Positions 1 to 7,668 of a stretch of 64,000 bases of DNA are shown here, piece after piece. The notes beneath the pieces are model-generated. The model saw only the letters and a list, made by a program, of their open reading frames with translations, was not told the DNA's origin and made no database searches. A program made the translations under genes and the position numbers. The stretch is taken from assembly GCA_035604955.1 (NCBI GenBank), contig DATNHM010000027.1, forward strand, positions 2,202-66,201, written 5' to 3'. Numbering within the stretch: the stretch's first letter is position 1; every line of letters begins with the position of its first letter. This DNA comes from Candidatus Limnocylindrales bacterium (GTDB lineage Bacteria > Verrucomicrobiota > Verrucomicrobiia > Limisphaerales > UBA11358).

Positions 1-420
1 CTTTTCCTCGTCGCGCCGCGCGCCGCCGATCAAACAATCAAATTGAAATTCCTCAACCGCGGCGAGGAGGGTCGGGATTTGCAGTTGATTGCGGCTGATT
101 TCGCCAGGCCGCGGCACGGCGATGCCTTTGGCAATGGCCTCCTCGACTTTGCGGACGATGAGTTTGGCGCCCAGTTCTTTGGCGCGCCGGTCGCGGAATT
201 CGTTCAGTTCGGGAAAGTGGTGTCCGGTGTCAATATTGAGCAGCGGCATGGGAATGTCCGACGGGCGGAACGCCTTTTCAGCCAGGCGCAGCAGCGAAAT
301 GGAATCTTTGCCGCCGGAGAAGAGCAGGGCGGGGCGATCGAATTCTGCCGCGACCTCGCGCATGATGTAAATCGCTTCCGTTTCCAGGTACTGCAAATGA
401 TCCAAATGATAACTGTTCAT
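1..420 (-). CDS. cysD: sulfate adenylyltransferase subunit 2 (CysD), N-terminal part; the gene continues past the left window edge
   Basis: Absent from the ORF track because it is open at the edge. Minus-strand translation from the ATG at 418-420 reads MNSYHLDHLQYLETEAIYIMREVAAEFDRPALLFSGGKDS...IGGARRDEEK. This carries the SGGKDS PP-loop and is collinear with E. coli CysD as I remember it. Confidence 0.9.
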   Translation of the reverse strand, partial: MNSYHLDHLQYLETEAIYIMREVAAEFDRPALLFSGGKDSISLLRLAEKAFRPSDIPMPLLNIDTGHHFPELNEFRDRRAKELGAKLIVRKVEEAIAKGIAVPRPGEISRNQLQIPTLLAAVEEFQFDCLIGGARRDEEK

Positions 421-425
421 TTTGA

Positions 426-848
426 CACGGATTTCACGAATTGGCACTGATTCATAAAATAACGCGTTTCCATTCTAGCGAATCTGAGCCGAAATTAACA
501 AGCAATCCCAAACGAAGTTTTGCAGCGGCCAAATAATTTAAGACCTGTTTAGTGTGCGCGTCGGTCAGTCGCTCCACAGCTTTTCCCTCGAACAAAATTT
601 TGTCCCATATCACGAAATCGGCGCGGTAAGAATGGGGGAGAGTCACGCCTTTGTATTGCACCTCGTATTTGTTTTCACGGGCGAACGGAATGTTCGCTCT
701 CCGCGGTTCAACAACCAACGCATCCTTGTAGATGACTTCGTCATAACCCTTGCCCAGTTCACCGTGAATCTCCATGCAAAAGCCGATCAACTGATGCGTC
801 TCTTCGCGGTAAAGAAGTTCGGACATAAATAATTCGTGAAAATCCGTG
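426..848. repeat. 17/18-nt inverted repeat bracketing the GxxExxY gene
   Basis: cacggatttcacgaatt (426-442) versus aattcgtgaaaatccgtg (831-848). They are reverse complements apart from one extra A. Confidence 0.8.
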
Positions 849-856
849 CAATCCAT
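452..856 (-). CDS. GxxExxY family protein (PD-(D/E)XK-like; family known from 23S rRNA intervening sequences)
   Basis: ORF 452..1018 trimmed to the ATG at 854-856 (MDCTDFHELFMSELLYREETHQLIGFCMEIHGELGKGYDEVIYKDAL...). It has the GxGxxExxY-type motif (GKGYDEVIY). The upstream 54 codons overlap the cysH 3' end and look non-coding. Confidence 0.8.
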   Translation of the reverse strand: MDCTDFHELFMSELLYREETHQLIGFCMEIHGELGKGYDEVIYKDALVVEPRRANIPFARENKYEVQYKGVTLPHSYRADFVIWDKILFEGKAVERLTDAHTKQVLNYLAAAKLRLGLLVNFGSDSLEWKRVIL

Positions 857-870
857 GTCAAAACCTTTTG

Positions 871-1533
871 TTAAATCCCTGATCCGAGCGCTTGCGAACC
901 CCAGGTGGCATGCAGGCCGCACTCGCGCTTGTCGTCGGCCTTCGCCGGGTCGAAATAATCCCACTCGTTGGGGAGATGGTGCTGCTTCAGGTAAGCTTCC
1001 ATGTCCGCGTCGGTCCAATAAAAAACCGGATTCACCTTGAGCGCGCCAAAATTTTTGTCCTCCGCCACCACATCCAGTTCCGCGCGGTTCGGATTCTGCA
1101 CCTTGCGCAGGGCCGTAATCCAGACCGTCGGCGCCAGTTCCTTCATGCCGCGCTGAAACGGCTCCAGCTTCATCAACGCGCTGAATTGTTTCAGAGCTTC
1201 CTCGTCATCGGTGGACGGAATGTCGCCATAAAGCGCGTCGTGATGCGCGGCGGAAATTTTTGGCAGATACGTTTTCAGGTTGAGCTTGAGCAATTTTTTC
1301 AATTCCTCGGCGTGTTTGTAGGTTGCCGGGCGGTTGTAGCCGTGGTCCACCCACAGCACGGGAATGTCCGGTAGCGCCTGCACGCACAAATGCAGAATCA
1401 CCGCTTCATAGGGACGAAAATTTGTCGAGACCAGCGCGCGCCTGTTCACCTGGGCAACCGCCCAGCGGACAATTTCGAGCGGCGACTTGTCACGCAACTC
1501 GATATTGGCTCTGGCAATTTGGTCGGCGGTCAT
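871..1533 (-). CDS. cysH: phosphoadenosine phosphosulfate (PAPS/APS) reductase
   Basis: ORF 871..1710 trimmed to the ATG at 1531-1533 (MTADQIARANIELRDK...), 24 nt after the sulfite reductase stop. It has PAPS-reductase family motifs and the C-terminal catalytic ECGLH. No CC...CxxC Fe-S motif is present, so it looks PAPS-type. Confidence 0.9.
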   Translation of the reverse strand: MTADQIARANIELRDKSPLEIVRWAVAQVNRRALVSTNFRPYEAVILHLCVQALPDIPVLWVDHGYNRPATYKHAEELKKLLKLNLKTYLPKISAAHHDALYGDIPSTDDEEALKQFSALMKLEPFQRGMKELAPTVWITALRKVQNPNRAELDVVAEDKNFGALKVNPVFYWTDADMEAYLKQHHLPNEWDYFDPAKADDKRECGLHATWGSQALGSGI

Positions 1534-1556
1534 GGGATGGGAATTTAATTGCCGAC

Positions 1557-3296
1557 TCAATTGACCGCGACCGGGACCGGCTCTGCTTCCCACAACACCC
1601 GATCGCACCAGTCGCCGAACCGTTCGCCGGGATTTCGTTCCTTGGCAAATCGGGCGAGCACGGGACGCAATTCGTTTTCGATATCCGGGTCCTTGACCGT
1701 TTCCTTCCACACGCGATTAAGGCGCGTGCCGGAGACATTGCCACCAAGCCAGAGCTGATAACGCCCCGGCGCTTTGCCGACGAATCCGATTTCGGCCATG
1801 TAAGGCCGCGCGCAGCCGTTCGGGCAACCGGTCGAGCGGATGATGATTTCCTCGTCACCCAGTCCCAAATCGCCGCAAAGCTTTTCGATACGGTCAACGA
1901 GTGCGGGCAATATCCGTTCGCTTTCGGCGAGCGCGAGGCCGCACGTGGGCAGGGCGGGGCAGGCCATCGCGGCGGCGTGCAGGAGGCTTGCCTGATTTTC
2001 AACCGGAATTTTGTGCGCGGCAAAAATCGAATTGATGCCGGCTTTGTCCGCATCGTTCACGTTGGCGAGAATCACATTCTGATTCGTGGTCAGGTGGAAT
2101 CCGGTTTGCGGAAATTTCTCCGCGATTTCGCGTAGTGCGATTTTTTTTTCGTTTTTTACGCGGCCGGTTTCGACAAACAGCGTGAAAAAGTTTTTCCCGT
2201 CCACGGCCTTGTGCCAGCCGAGTAAATCGGCAGTCGTTGTGAACCGGTAAGGCCTGATCGGCGCGAATTGGATGCCGGCGCGTTTCTCGACTTCGGCGCG
2301 CGTCCAATCCACGCCGCGCTCCTCGACAACGTATTTAAAGCGCGCGTGCTTGCGGTCGGTGCGGTCGCCAAAATCACGGTGTATCGTCAGCACGGCTTTG
2401 GCGACATCAATCAATTTGTCCGGCGTGATAAATCCGAGTTCGCTCGCCAGACGCGGATACGTTTCCTTGTTTCCGTGCGTGCGTCCCATGCCGCCGCCGA
2501 CGACGAGGTTGTAACCGACTAATTTGGAGTTGGGAGATAGAAGTTGGGAGTTGGGGTTTTCCCTATCTCCCATTTCCGAACTGCCATCTTCGATGATGGC
2601 GATAAAGCCCTGGTCGTTGGTGAAAATGTCGAGGTCGTTCACCGGCGGGATGACGAACGCGGTTTTGAATTTTCGCGGCAAATAAGTTTTGCCGTAAAGC
2701 GGGTCAACGAACGCCCGATTGAACGGGTCATCAATCTTGAGCTGGAAACCGTCAATCCAGATGGCGTAATAAGCGCGGGTCTGCGGCTTCAGCGCATCCG
2801 CCACCCGCACGCAATCGCGATAGACTTCGTCACGCGCCTTGGTGTAGGCGGGCGTGGGTGGCGCGAGGACGTTACGGTTCACGTCGCCGCAAGCCGCAAG
2901 CGTGGAGAGCAGGCACTCATTGATCTTTTTGACCACCAGGCGCAGGTTCGCCTTGACGACGCCGTGAAACTGAATGGTCTGGCGGGTCGTAATTCGCAGC
3001 GTGTTGTTACCATACAGCCACGCGAGTTCGTCGAACACGCGCCACTGGTTGGCGGTCATCACACCGCCGGGAATGCGGCTGCGAATCATCATGATATATT
3101 TCCGGCCGGCCGCCGAACGCAAATCGCGGTCGTCCTGCGGATAAACGCCGTGAAATTTCAGGAATTGGGCGTCGTCGCCCGAGAACGTGTCGGCGGTCGG
3201 GTCGGCCAGCCTGGACGCGATGGTGCCCGCGAGCGTGGGAATCGCTTCCTTGATCTCTTCATTGTGCGTCAACTCGCGTGGAGCCTCTGTACTCAT
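1557..3296 (-). CDS. cysI: sulfite reductase hemoprotein (siroheme/4Fe-4S; CysI/Sir type)
   Basis: 579 aa. Motifs seen: RITTRQTIQFHGV, LVVGGGMGRTHGN, and the cluster cysteines CPALPTCGLA and TGCPNGCARP. Confidence 0.93.
   Translation of the reverse strand: MSTEAPRELTHNEEIKEAIPTLAGTIASRLADPTADTFSGDDAQFLKFHGVYPQDDRDLRSAAGRKYIMMIRSRIPGGVMTANQWRVFDELAWLYGNNTLRITTRQTIQFHGVVKANLRLVVKKINECLLSTLAACGDVNRNVLAPPTPAYTKARDEVYRDCVRVADALKPQTRAYYAIWIDGFQLKIDDPFNRAFVDPLYGKTYLPRKFKTAFVIPPVNDLDIFTNDQGFIAIIEDGSSEMGDRENPNSQLLSPNSKLVGYNLVVGGGMGRTHGNKETYPRLASELGFITPDKLIDVAKAVLTIHRDFGDRTDRKHARFKYVVEERGVDWTRAEVEKRAGIQFAPIRPYRFTTTADLLGWHKAVDGKNFFTLFVETGRVKNEKKIALREIAEKFPQTGFHLTTNQNVILANVNDADKAGINSIFAAHKIPVENQASLLHAAAMACPALPTCGLALAESERILPALVDRIEKLCGDLGLGDEEIIIRSTGCPNGCARPYMAEIGFVGKAPGRYQLWLGGNVSGTRLNRVWKETVKDPDIENELRPVLARFAKERNPGERFGDWCDRVLWEAEPVPVAVN
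2527..2571. repeat. heptamer-periodic segment with a 9-bp inverted repeat, in frame inside cysI
   Basis: gggagatag (2532-2540) is the reverse complement of ctatctccc (2563-2571). The minus strand reads AACTCCC/AACTTCT/ATCTCCC/AACTCCA units. It encodes the extra peptide SSEMGDRENPNSQLLSPNS. Confidence 0.7.
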
Positions 3297-3413
3297 ATAC
3301 GAACGACTAGAATAACAGGTTTCCTTTTTGCCCGCAACAAGCGAACTACTGAGCGCAGGTGCGGATGCAAAAAGGCGGAAGGTGATTGCCTGTTCAAGCG
3401 CTGCTTGTCAGGC

Positions 3414-3857
3414 AAAGGCTGAATTCTAAAGACTGAAGGCTAAAGTGAGGTATTTCAGGCTTTGGCTTTTTTGTCAATGGTCGTAAAGATAGCGATGAGT
3501 TGTCGTGTTTCGTCAAGCAGCTCGGCCATTCGGCCGGCTGGAACGCAGCCACTATCCACGATCAATTCGAGCCAATATTCGGTTTCATCAATTTCTTTGA
3601 GACAGTCGCCTATCTTGGAAATGAACTCCGCTTTGGAACGGGCGCGGGGGGCTTCGCGATAATTTGCGCCAACCGATGTTCCGGAGCGCAAGACCTGCCG
3701 GCCGAGCACCTGTGCGACGGCGTTGTTCCCGGGCAGTTTGGAATACATATGAATGACCCGAAGCGCAAACGCCTTTGTTCGTATTTTTAAATCCTTCGCC
3801 TGTTCGTTCATATTTCTTTAGCCTTTAGCGTTCAGCCTTCAGTCTTTGCTTTTCAGG
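3414..3857. repeat. complementary heptamer arrays bracketing the four-helix-bundle gene
   Basis: aaagactgaaggct (3428-3441) is the exact reverse complement of agccttcagtcttt (3834-3847). Both arms are 7-nt periodic: (ggctgaa ttctaaa gactgaa ggctaaa) versus (ctttagc ctttagc gttcagc cttcagt ctttgct tttcagg). Confidence 0.8.
3455..3811 (-). CDS. four-helix-bundle protein (23S rRNA intervening-sequence protein family, TIGR02436-like)
   Basis: 118 aa: FALRVIHMYSKLP...LGRQVLRSGTSVGANYREAPRARSKAEFISKIGDCLKEIDETEYWLELI. This is the typical signature of the family. Confidence 0.85.
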   Translation of the reverse strand: MNEQAKDLKIRTKAFALRVIHMYSKLPGNNAVAQVLGRQVLRSGTSVGANYREAPRARSKAEFISKIGDCLKEIDETEYWLELIVDSGCVPAGRMAELLDETRQLIAIFTTIDKKAKA

Positions 3858-4734
3858 TTGCCGGCACGAATCGTTGAAGTCCCAACGTTGCGCCGAACAG
3901 GATTAAGAACACTGCGCTCAATGCGAGTGGACAGCCCGGCGCGACCGCCAGCCAGTCCACCAACACAATTCCCGCCAGCAGGCCGGAAACGATTCGTCCC
4001 ACGTTCACAGCGCCTCCCTGAAAAATGGGCCGCGCACAACGCGCGATCCAGAGCACCAGGACGAGCGACAGCCAGAGGGCGGGAATGCGATTTTCTCCGG
4101 CATCCATCAGCATGGCCAAACAAACCGGCGCGGCCAGCAGGGCCAGCGGCCAATAGGGAACTCGCCCGCGCGAACTTTCCAGCCGCGCCACGTGACTCAA
4201 GCCGGCGACGTAGAATGCCAGGGCCACGCCGCACCAGATCGGCCAGCCGTTCACACCCCAACTGGCACAAGACCCGGCGATGACATAAATCCAGAACCGG
4301 CACAGTCCCATGAGCCACGGTGAAGCGGTGATGACTTTATGCGTGGCATCGTAGACGACGATGCACAGCAGCAACACGAGGGCCAGCGCGCCGGTCGTTT
4401 TCCCGATCATAATCAAACTCAATGCGCCCAGCACCAGCCAGGCCAGTCCCCAGCCCCAAACCGCCGGCAGCGAAATCGCGCCGGAGGGAATCGGCCGTTC
4501 CGATCGGTGTTGGCGGTCGAAATCCGCATCAAACGCGTCGTTCAAATACATCCCACCCAGATAAAGCGCGGTAACGCCGAAGAATAACCAGGGCAGATTC
4601 GCATAATTCTCTCCATCACCGAGCAGCCAACCGACCAGGCAGTTCGACCAGATCGTTGGCAGGTTCGACACCCGCCCCAAAATCACCAGCGTACGGAGTC
4701 GGCGTAAGAAATCCCGGTTCATTGCGCGGAGCAA
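3853..4734 (-). CDS. UbiA-family aromatic prenyltransferase (EboC-like?)
   Basis: 293 aa polytopic membrane protein with the Asp-rich motif NDAFDADFD. It lies 10 nt downstream of the TIM-barrel gene. Confidence 0.85.
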   Translation of the reverse strand: MLRAMNRDFLRRLRTLVILGRVSNLPTIWSNCLVGWLLGDGENYANLPWLFFGVTALYLGGMYLNDAFDADFDRQHRSERPIPSGAISLPAVWGWGLAWLVLGALSLIMIGKTTGALALVLLLCIVVYDATHKVITASPWLMGLCRFWIYVIAGSCASWGVNGWPIWCGVALAFYVAGLSHVARLESSRGRVPYWPLALLAAPVCLAMLMDAGENRIPALWLSLVLVLWIARCARPIFQGGAVNVGRIVSGLLAGIVLVDWLAVAPGCPLALSAVFLILFGATLGLQRFVPAT

Positions 4735-4744
4735 ACCAGAAAAC

Positions 4745-5929
4745 TCACCGGTTGGCGAGTCCGCGTTCCGCCAGTTGCGGCAGCAACCAATCGTATTCGG
4801 CCACGAGTTGTTCGACGACGCTGAGGCTTTTCAGTTCCGGCGGCAACACCTCCCAGGTATAGGTTTCCATTTCCAGATGCGAGCAGAGTTTTGGGTTTTC
4901 GCCCAATAAATCCAGCACCGCGAGCAAGTGATCGCTGGTGGTTTCAAACGGCGGTGTGTTGGGGGCGTGCAGCGGAACATGAAAATGGACGCGCCATTCG
5001 GGCAGAACGCCGGCCGGGTTCGGTCGCCGGGCGTCCGGGTCGGCCAGCGCATCGGGCAGGTCATAATAGATATTCCGATTGCCCGCCGGCTCGCGCACAA
5101 CCACCTGATGCAGGTAAACATCGTTGGCAAACGATTTGAGCGCCTCGCGGGTTTCAACCGTGGGATGGACCTTGAGCGCGGAGCTCAGGTGGATTTTGCT
5201 GATTTTGATGCCGTGCTGGCAGAGGCACGGCAGCGCGTTCTGGGGTTCCTCGAAATTCACGGCGAAGTGGCAAGTGTCGTAGTTGACGCCGAGGTGCTCG
5301 GCCAGGCGGGGGTCGCGCGGATGTTCGATACGCAAGCGGTCGAACAGTTGGATGGTCTCGCCGCTGCTCTCCAACAGGCACAGCGGCTCGGGTTCAAGGC
5401 CGAGGTGCAATTTCCTGCCCGTTTGTTCGGCCAGATGGGCGATATGTTCGACACAATGCCAGAGGTTGTTGCGGGCGGTTTTCAGCGCGTCGGGATGCAA
5501 ATGAAAGCCCTTGAAGGAACCGGGCAGGGTACTGACGCTGCCCTCGACGCCCGCGGGCAATAATTTCGACAGCAGATCGAAAAGCAGGTTTGTGTAAGCC
5601 AGCCGTTCCGGAGAGGTCCAGTCCGGCAGGTAAACCTGCTCCTTCACCCGGGTCTGGTGAAACTGGCCGTAGGGGAAACCATTAATCGTGAAAATGTAAC
5701 AATTCTTTTGCGCGAGCCAATGTTGGAAGGCCAGCAACGTGGCGGGTTCGCTCAACTCTTGCGCGGCCCAGTTGCTCAGGCGCAGGCCGATGGCAAACGG
5801 CTTTTGGGGACAAACCCGCTCGCGCACCGCGAGGGCATGGTTCTGCAGTGAGTCAAACGTCTCGCGCCAGGTTTCGCCGCGATGAATATTGGTGCTATAA
5901 GCCAGGTGCAGACCGTGATTTAATCGCAT
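4745..5929 (-). CDS. xylose-isomerase-like TIM-barrel protein (EboE-like sugar phosphate isomerase/epimerase family)
   Basis: 394 aa. The N-terminus LAYSTNIHRGETWRETF and the length match my memory of the EboE family. The assignment is by recollection, not by search. Confidence 0.6.
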   Translation of the reverse strand: MRLNHGLHLAYSTNIHRGETWRETFDSLQNHALAVRERVCPQKPFAIGLRLSNWAAQELSEPATLLAFQHWLAQKNCYIFTINGFPYGQFHQTRVKEQVYLPDWTSPERLAYTNLLFDLLSKLLPAGVEGSVSTLPGSFKGFHLHPDALKTARNNLWHCVEHIAHLAEQTGRKLHLGLEPEPLCLLESSGETIQLFDRLRIEHPRDPRLAEHLGVNYDTCHFAVNFEEPQNALPCLCQHGIKISKIHLSSALKVHPTVETREALKSFANDVYLHQVVVREPAGNRNIYYDLPDALADPDARRPNPAGVLPEWRVHFHVPLHAPNTPPFETTSDHLLAVLDLLGENPKLCSHLEMETYTWEVLPPELKSLSVVEQLVAEYDWLLPQLAERGLANR

Positions 5930-6065
5930 GGCTGATGGCTTGCTGACTGTCCGCGTTTACTTCTGTTCCGGCCCGGCTTCCGTGGCGCAACCCGTACAGC
6001 GGTTGTTCCGGGTCCATGCTTAGAAGATGGTACGAAATCCCCGTTTGGCAAGACGCAAACCGGCG

Positions 6066-6092
6066 TTGACATCTTCGGCCCAAACGTATAAT
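6066..6092 (+). promoter_or_regulatory. candidate sigma70-type promoter for the 6120 gene
   Basis: Perfect TTGACA (6066-6071) and perfect TATAAT (6087-6092). The spacer is a short 15 nt. The site is 28 nt upstream of the ATG at 6120. Confidence 0.4.
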
Positions 6093-6119
6093 TTGACACA
6101 AAATTGAAGTGACCCATCC

Positions 6120-6887
6120 ATGTTGATTCGCATTAGTTTGATTGTGGCGATTATCGCGGGGCTGCTCGCGGGCGCCCTGAACATCGTTAAAGTTCGGGAC
6201 AAGATCAGTACGCTGATTATCCAGCGGGACGATTTCCACACCGAAAGAGACCAGGCCCGGACCGAACTCGCCAGCACGAAAAAGGACCTGGCCAAGACGA
6301 AAGATGATTTGACCCAGACCCAGCAGCAATTGACGGATACCCAGGCCCAGCGCGACAAGGCGGTGGCCGACGCCAAGACGCAAACCAAACGCGCCGATGA
6401 CTTAGCGGACAAGCTGACCAAGACAACGCAGGACCGTGATGACGCGCAGGCCAAGCTGGCGGCCTATCAGGCAACGGGGCTGACCGCCGACCAGGTAGGC
6501 GGCTTGAACAAGTCGCTCAAATCCACCCAGAATGAGCTCGAGGCGGTCAAGGAGGAAAATGGTGTTTTGCAGCGCACGGTCGGCCGGTTGACTGCTCAGA
6601 TTTACGAATTGATCGGGACCAATTATGTCGTCACCTTGCGCGCGGATCTGAAAGGGAAGATCGTCGCCGTGGATCCCAAGTGGGAATTTGTGGTACTGAA
6701 CATCGGTGGGGACCAGGGCGTGCTGCCGAACGGTGAAATGCTGGTAAGCCGTGACGGCAAGCTCGTGGCCAAGGTCATCGTTCGCAGTGTTCAAAAGGAC
6801 CGCAGCATCGCCAATGTCGTTCCGGGCTGGCAACTGGGAGACGTCATTGAAGGCGATGAGGTCACCCCGGCACATCCGGCTTCCTGA
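6120..6887 (+). CDS. membrane-anchored coiled-coil protein, function unknown
   Basis: N-terminal TM helix (MLIRISLIVAIIAGLLAGAL), a roughly 150-aa charged heptad-rich region (TKKDLAKTKDDLTQTQQQL...), and a beta-rich C-terminal domain. Confidence 0.7.
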   Translation: MLIRISLIVAIIAGLLAGALNIVKVRDKISTLIIQRDDFHTERDQARTELASTKKDLAKTKDDLTQTQQQLTDTQAQRDKAVADAKTQTKRADDLADKLTKTTQDRDDAQAKLAAYQATGLTADQVGGLNKSLKSTQNELEAVKEENGVLQRTVGRLTAQIYELIGTNYVVTLRADLKGKIVAVDPKWEFVVLNIGGDQGVLPNGEMLVSRDGKLVAKVIVRSVQKDRSIANVVPGWQLGDVIEGDEVTPAHPAS

Positions 6888-6888
6888 A

Positions 6889-7056
6889 ATGCAAGGCCCG
6901 GCCATCAAATGGCTTTTGCTGCTCATGTTGGGGGTTCTTTTTTTTGGGATTACCGGCTGTGAAACCAACGAACCCGAAAATGCCTCGGTCCGGCCCTGGA
7001 ACTCGCCGCAGAGCTGGGAGGGCAATTCGCCGATGCTCGACCAGCAGCACCAGTGA
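6889..7056 (+). CDS. small lipoprotein (55 aa)
   Basis: The ATG lies 1 nt after the upstream stop. Signal peptide with a lipobox: MQGPAIKWLLLLMLGVLFFGITGC. Confidence 0.55.
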   Translation: MQGPAIKWLLLLMLGVLFFGITGCETNEPENASVRPWNSPQSWEGNSPMLDQQHQ

Positions 7057-7058
7057 GG

Positions 7059-7086
7059 TGACAAGTGACGGGTGACACGTGACAAG
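7059..7086. repeat. 4 tandem heptamers GTGACNN between convergent stops
   Basis: gtgacaa gtgacgg gtgacac gtgacaa. A single complementary gtcac is at 7095-7099. Confidence 0.75.
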
Positions 7087-7095
7087 ACCAGCGCG

Positions 7096-7668
7096 TCACG
7101 TTCTGAGGCAGTGTGTGGGGGTCACGATAAAATCTACACGGACGTCATGGGTTTCCGCGGGTATTTCCTTCACCATTTGCGCATCAAACGCCACGCCGCA
7201 TTTGATGCCATGTGCTTTCGCCAGCAGCTGGTCGTAGAATCCACGGCCGCGTCCCAGCCGGTGTCCATGCCAATCAAAGGCGACCGCGGGAACCAGAATT
7301 AAATCGAACTTCTCCAGCGGTATGTCCACGCAACTGGCGGATGGTTCGCGAATGCCGAATTTCCCGGCGGCAATGTCCGTCGTTAAATTTTGAACCCGTC
7401 GCGCCGAATAGGTTCGGGTGGCGGAGTTGAAGGCGGGCAGGGCGCAGATTTTTTTTGTCGGCAGCAATTTTTCCAGCAACGGCCAGACATCCGGTTCATC
7501 CGGCAGCGGCGCGAAGAACAAAATCGTGTGGGCGCTCTGCAACTGGGGTTCCAACCGGTCGCAAAGTTCAATGGATTCCACCGCCCGTACCGCTGGTGAA
7601 ATCTTTTGCAGCGCTTCGCGGGTTTGTTCCCGCAGCGCAGCCTTTTGTCCATTCAAATCAACAGTCAT
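7096..7668 (-). CDS. 5-formyltetrahydrofolate cyclo-ligase
   Basis: ORF trimmed to the ATG at 7666-7668, which forms an ATGA overlap with the rarA stop. Family motifs present: PLPDEPD, FDxxGxRLGRGRGFYD. Confidence 0.88.
   Translation of the reverse strand: MTVDLNGQKAALREQTREALQKISPAVRAVESIELCDRLEPQLQSAHTILFFAPLPDEPDVWPLLEKLLPTKKICALPAFNSATRTYSARRVQNLTTDIAAGKFGIREPSASCVDIPLEKFDLILVPAVAFDWHGHRLGRGRGFYDQLLAKAHGIKCGVAFDAQMVKEIPAETHDVRVDFIVTPTHCLRT

Noticed and set aside
43-450. 135-aa plus-strand ORF at the left edge
   Set aside because: It is the antisense shadow of cysD. The minus strand gives a clean CysD N-terminus, while the plus-strand product has no recognisable motifs and the Arg/Gly/Ala-rich composition typical of out-of-frame high-GC ORFs.
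857-1018. N-terminal extensions offered by the ORF track (this one, plus 1534-1710, 23551-23628, 36381-36440, 41191-41259, 54806-55015, 55230-55313, 56230-56268 and 60679-60735)
   Set aside because: Each extension overlaps the neighbouring gene or a repeat element and has a non-protein-like composition. In each case an internal ATG gives the family-typical N-terminus or a signal peptide.
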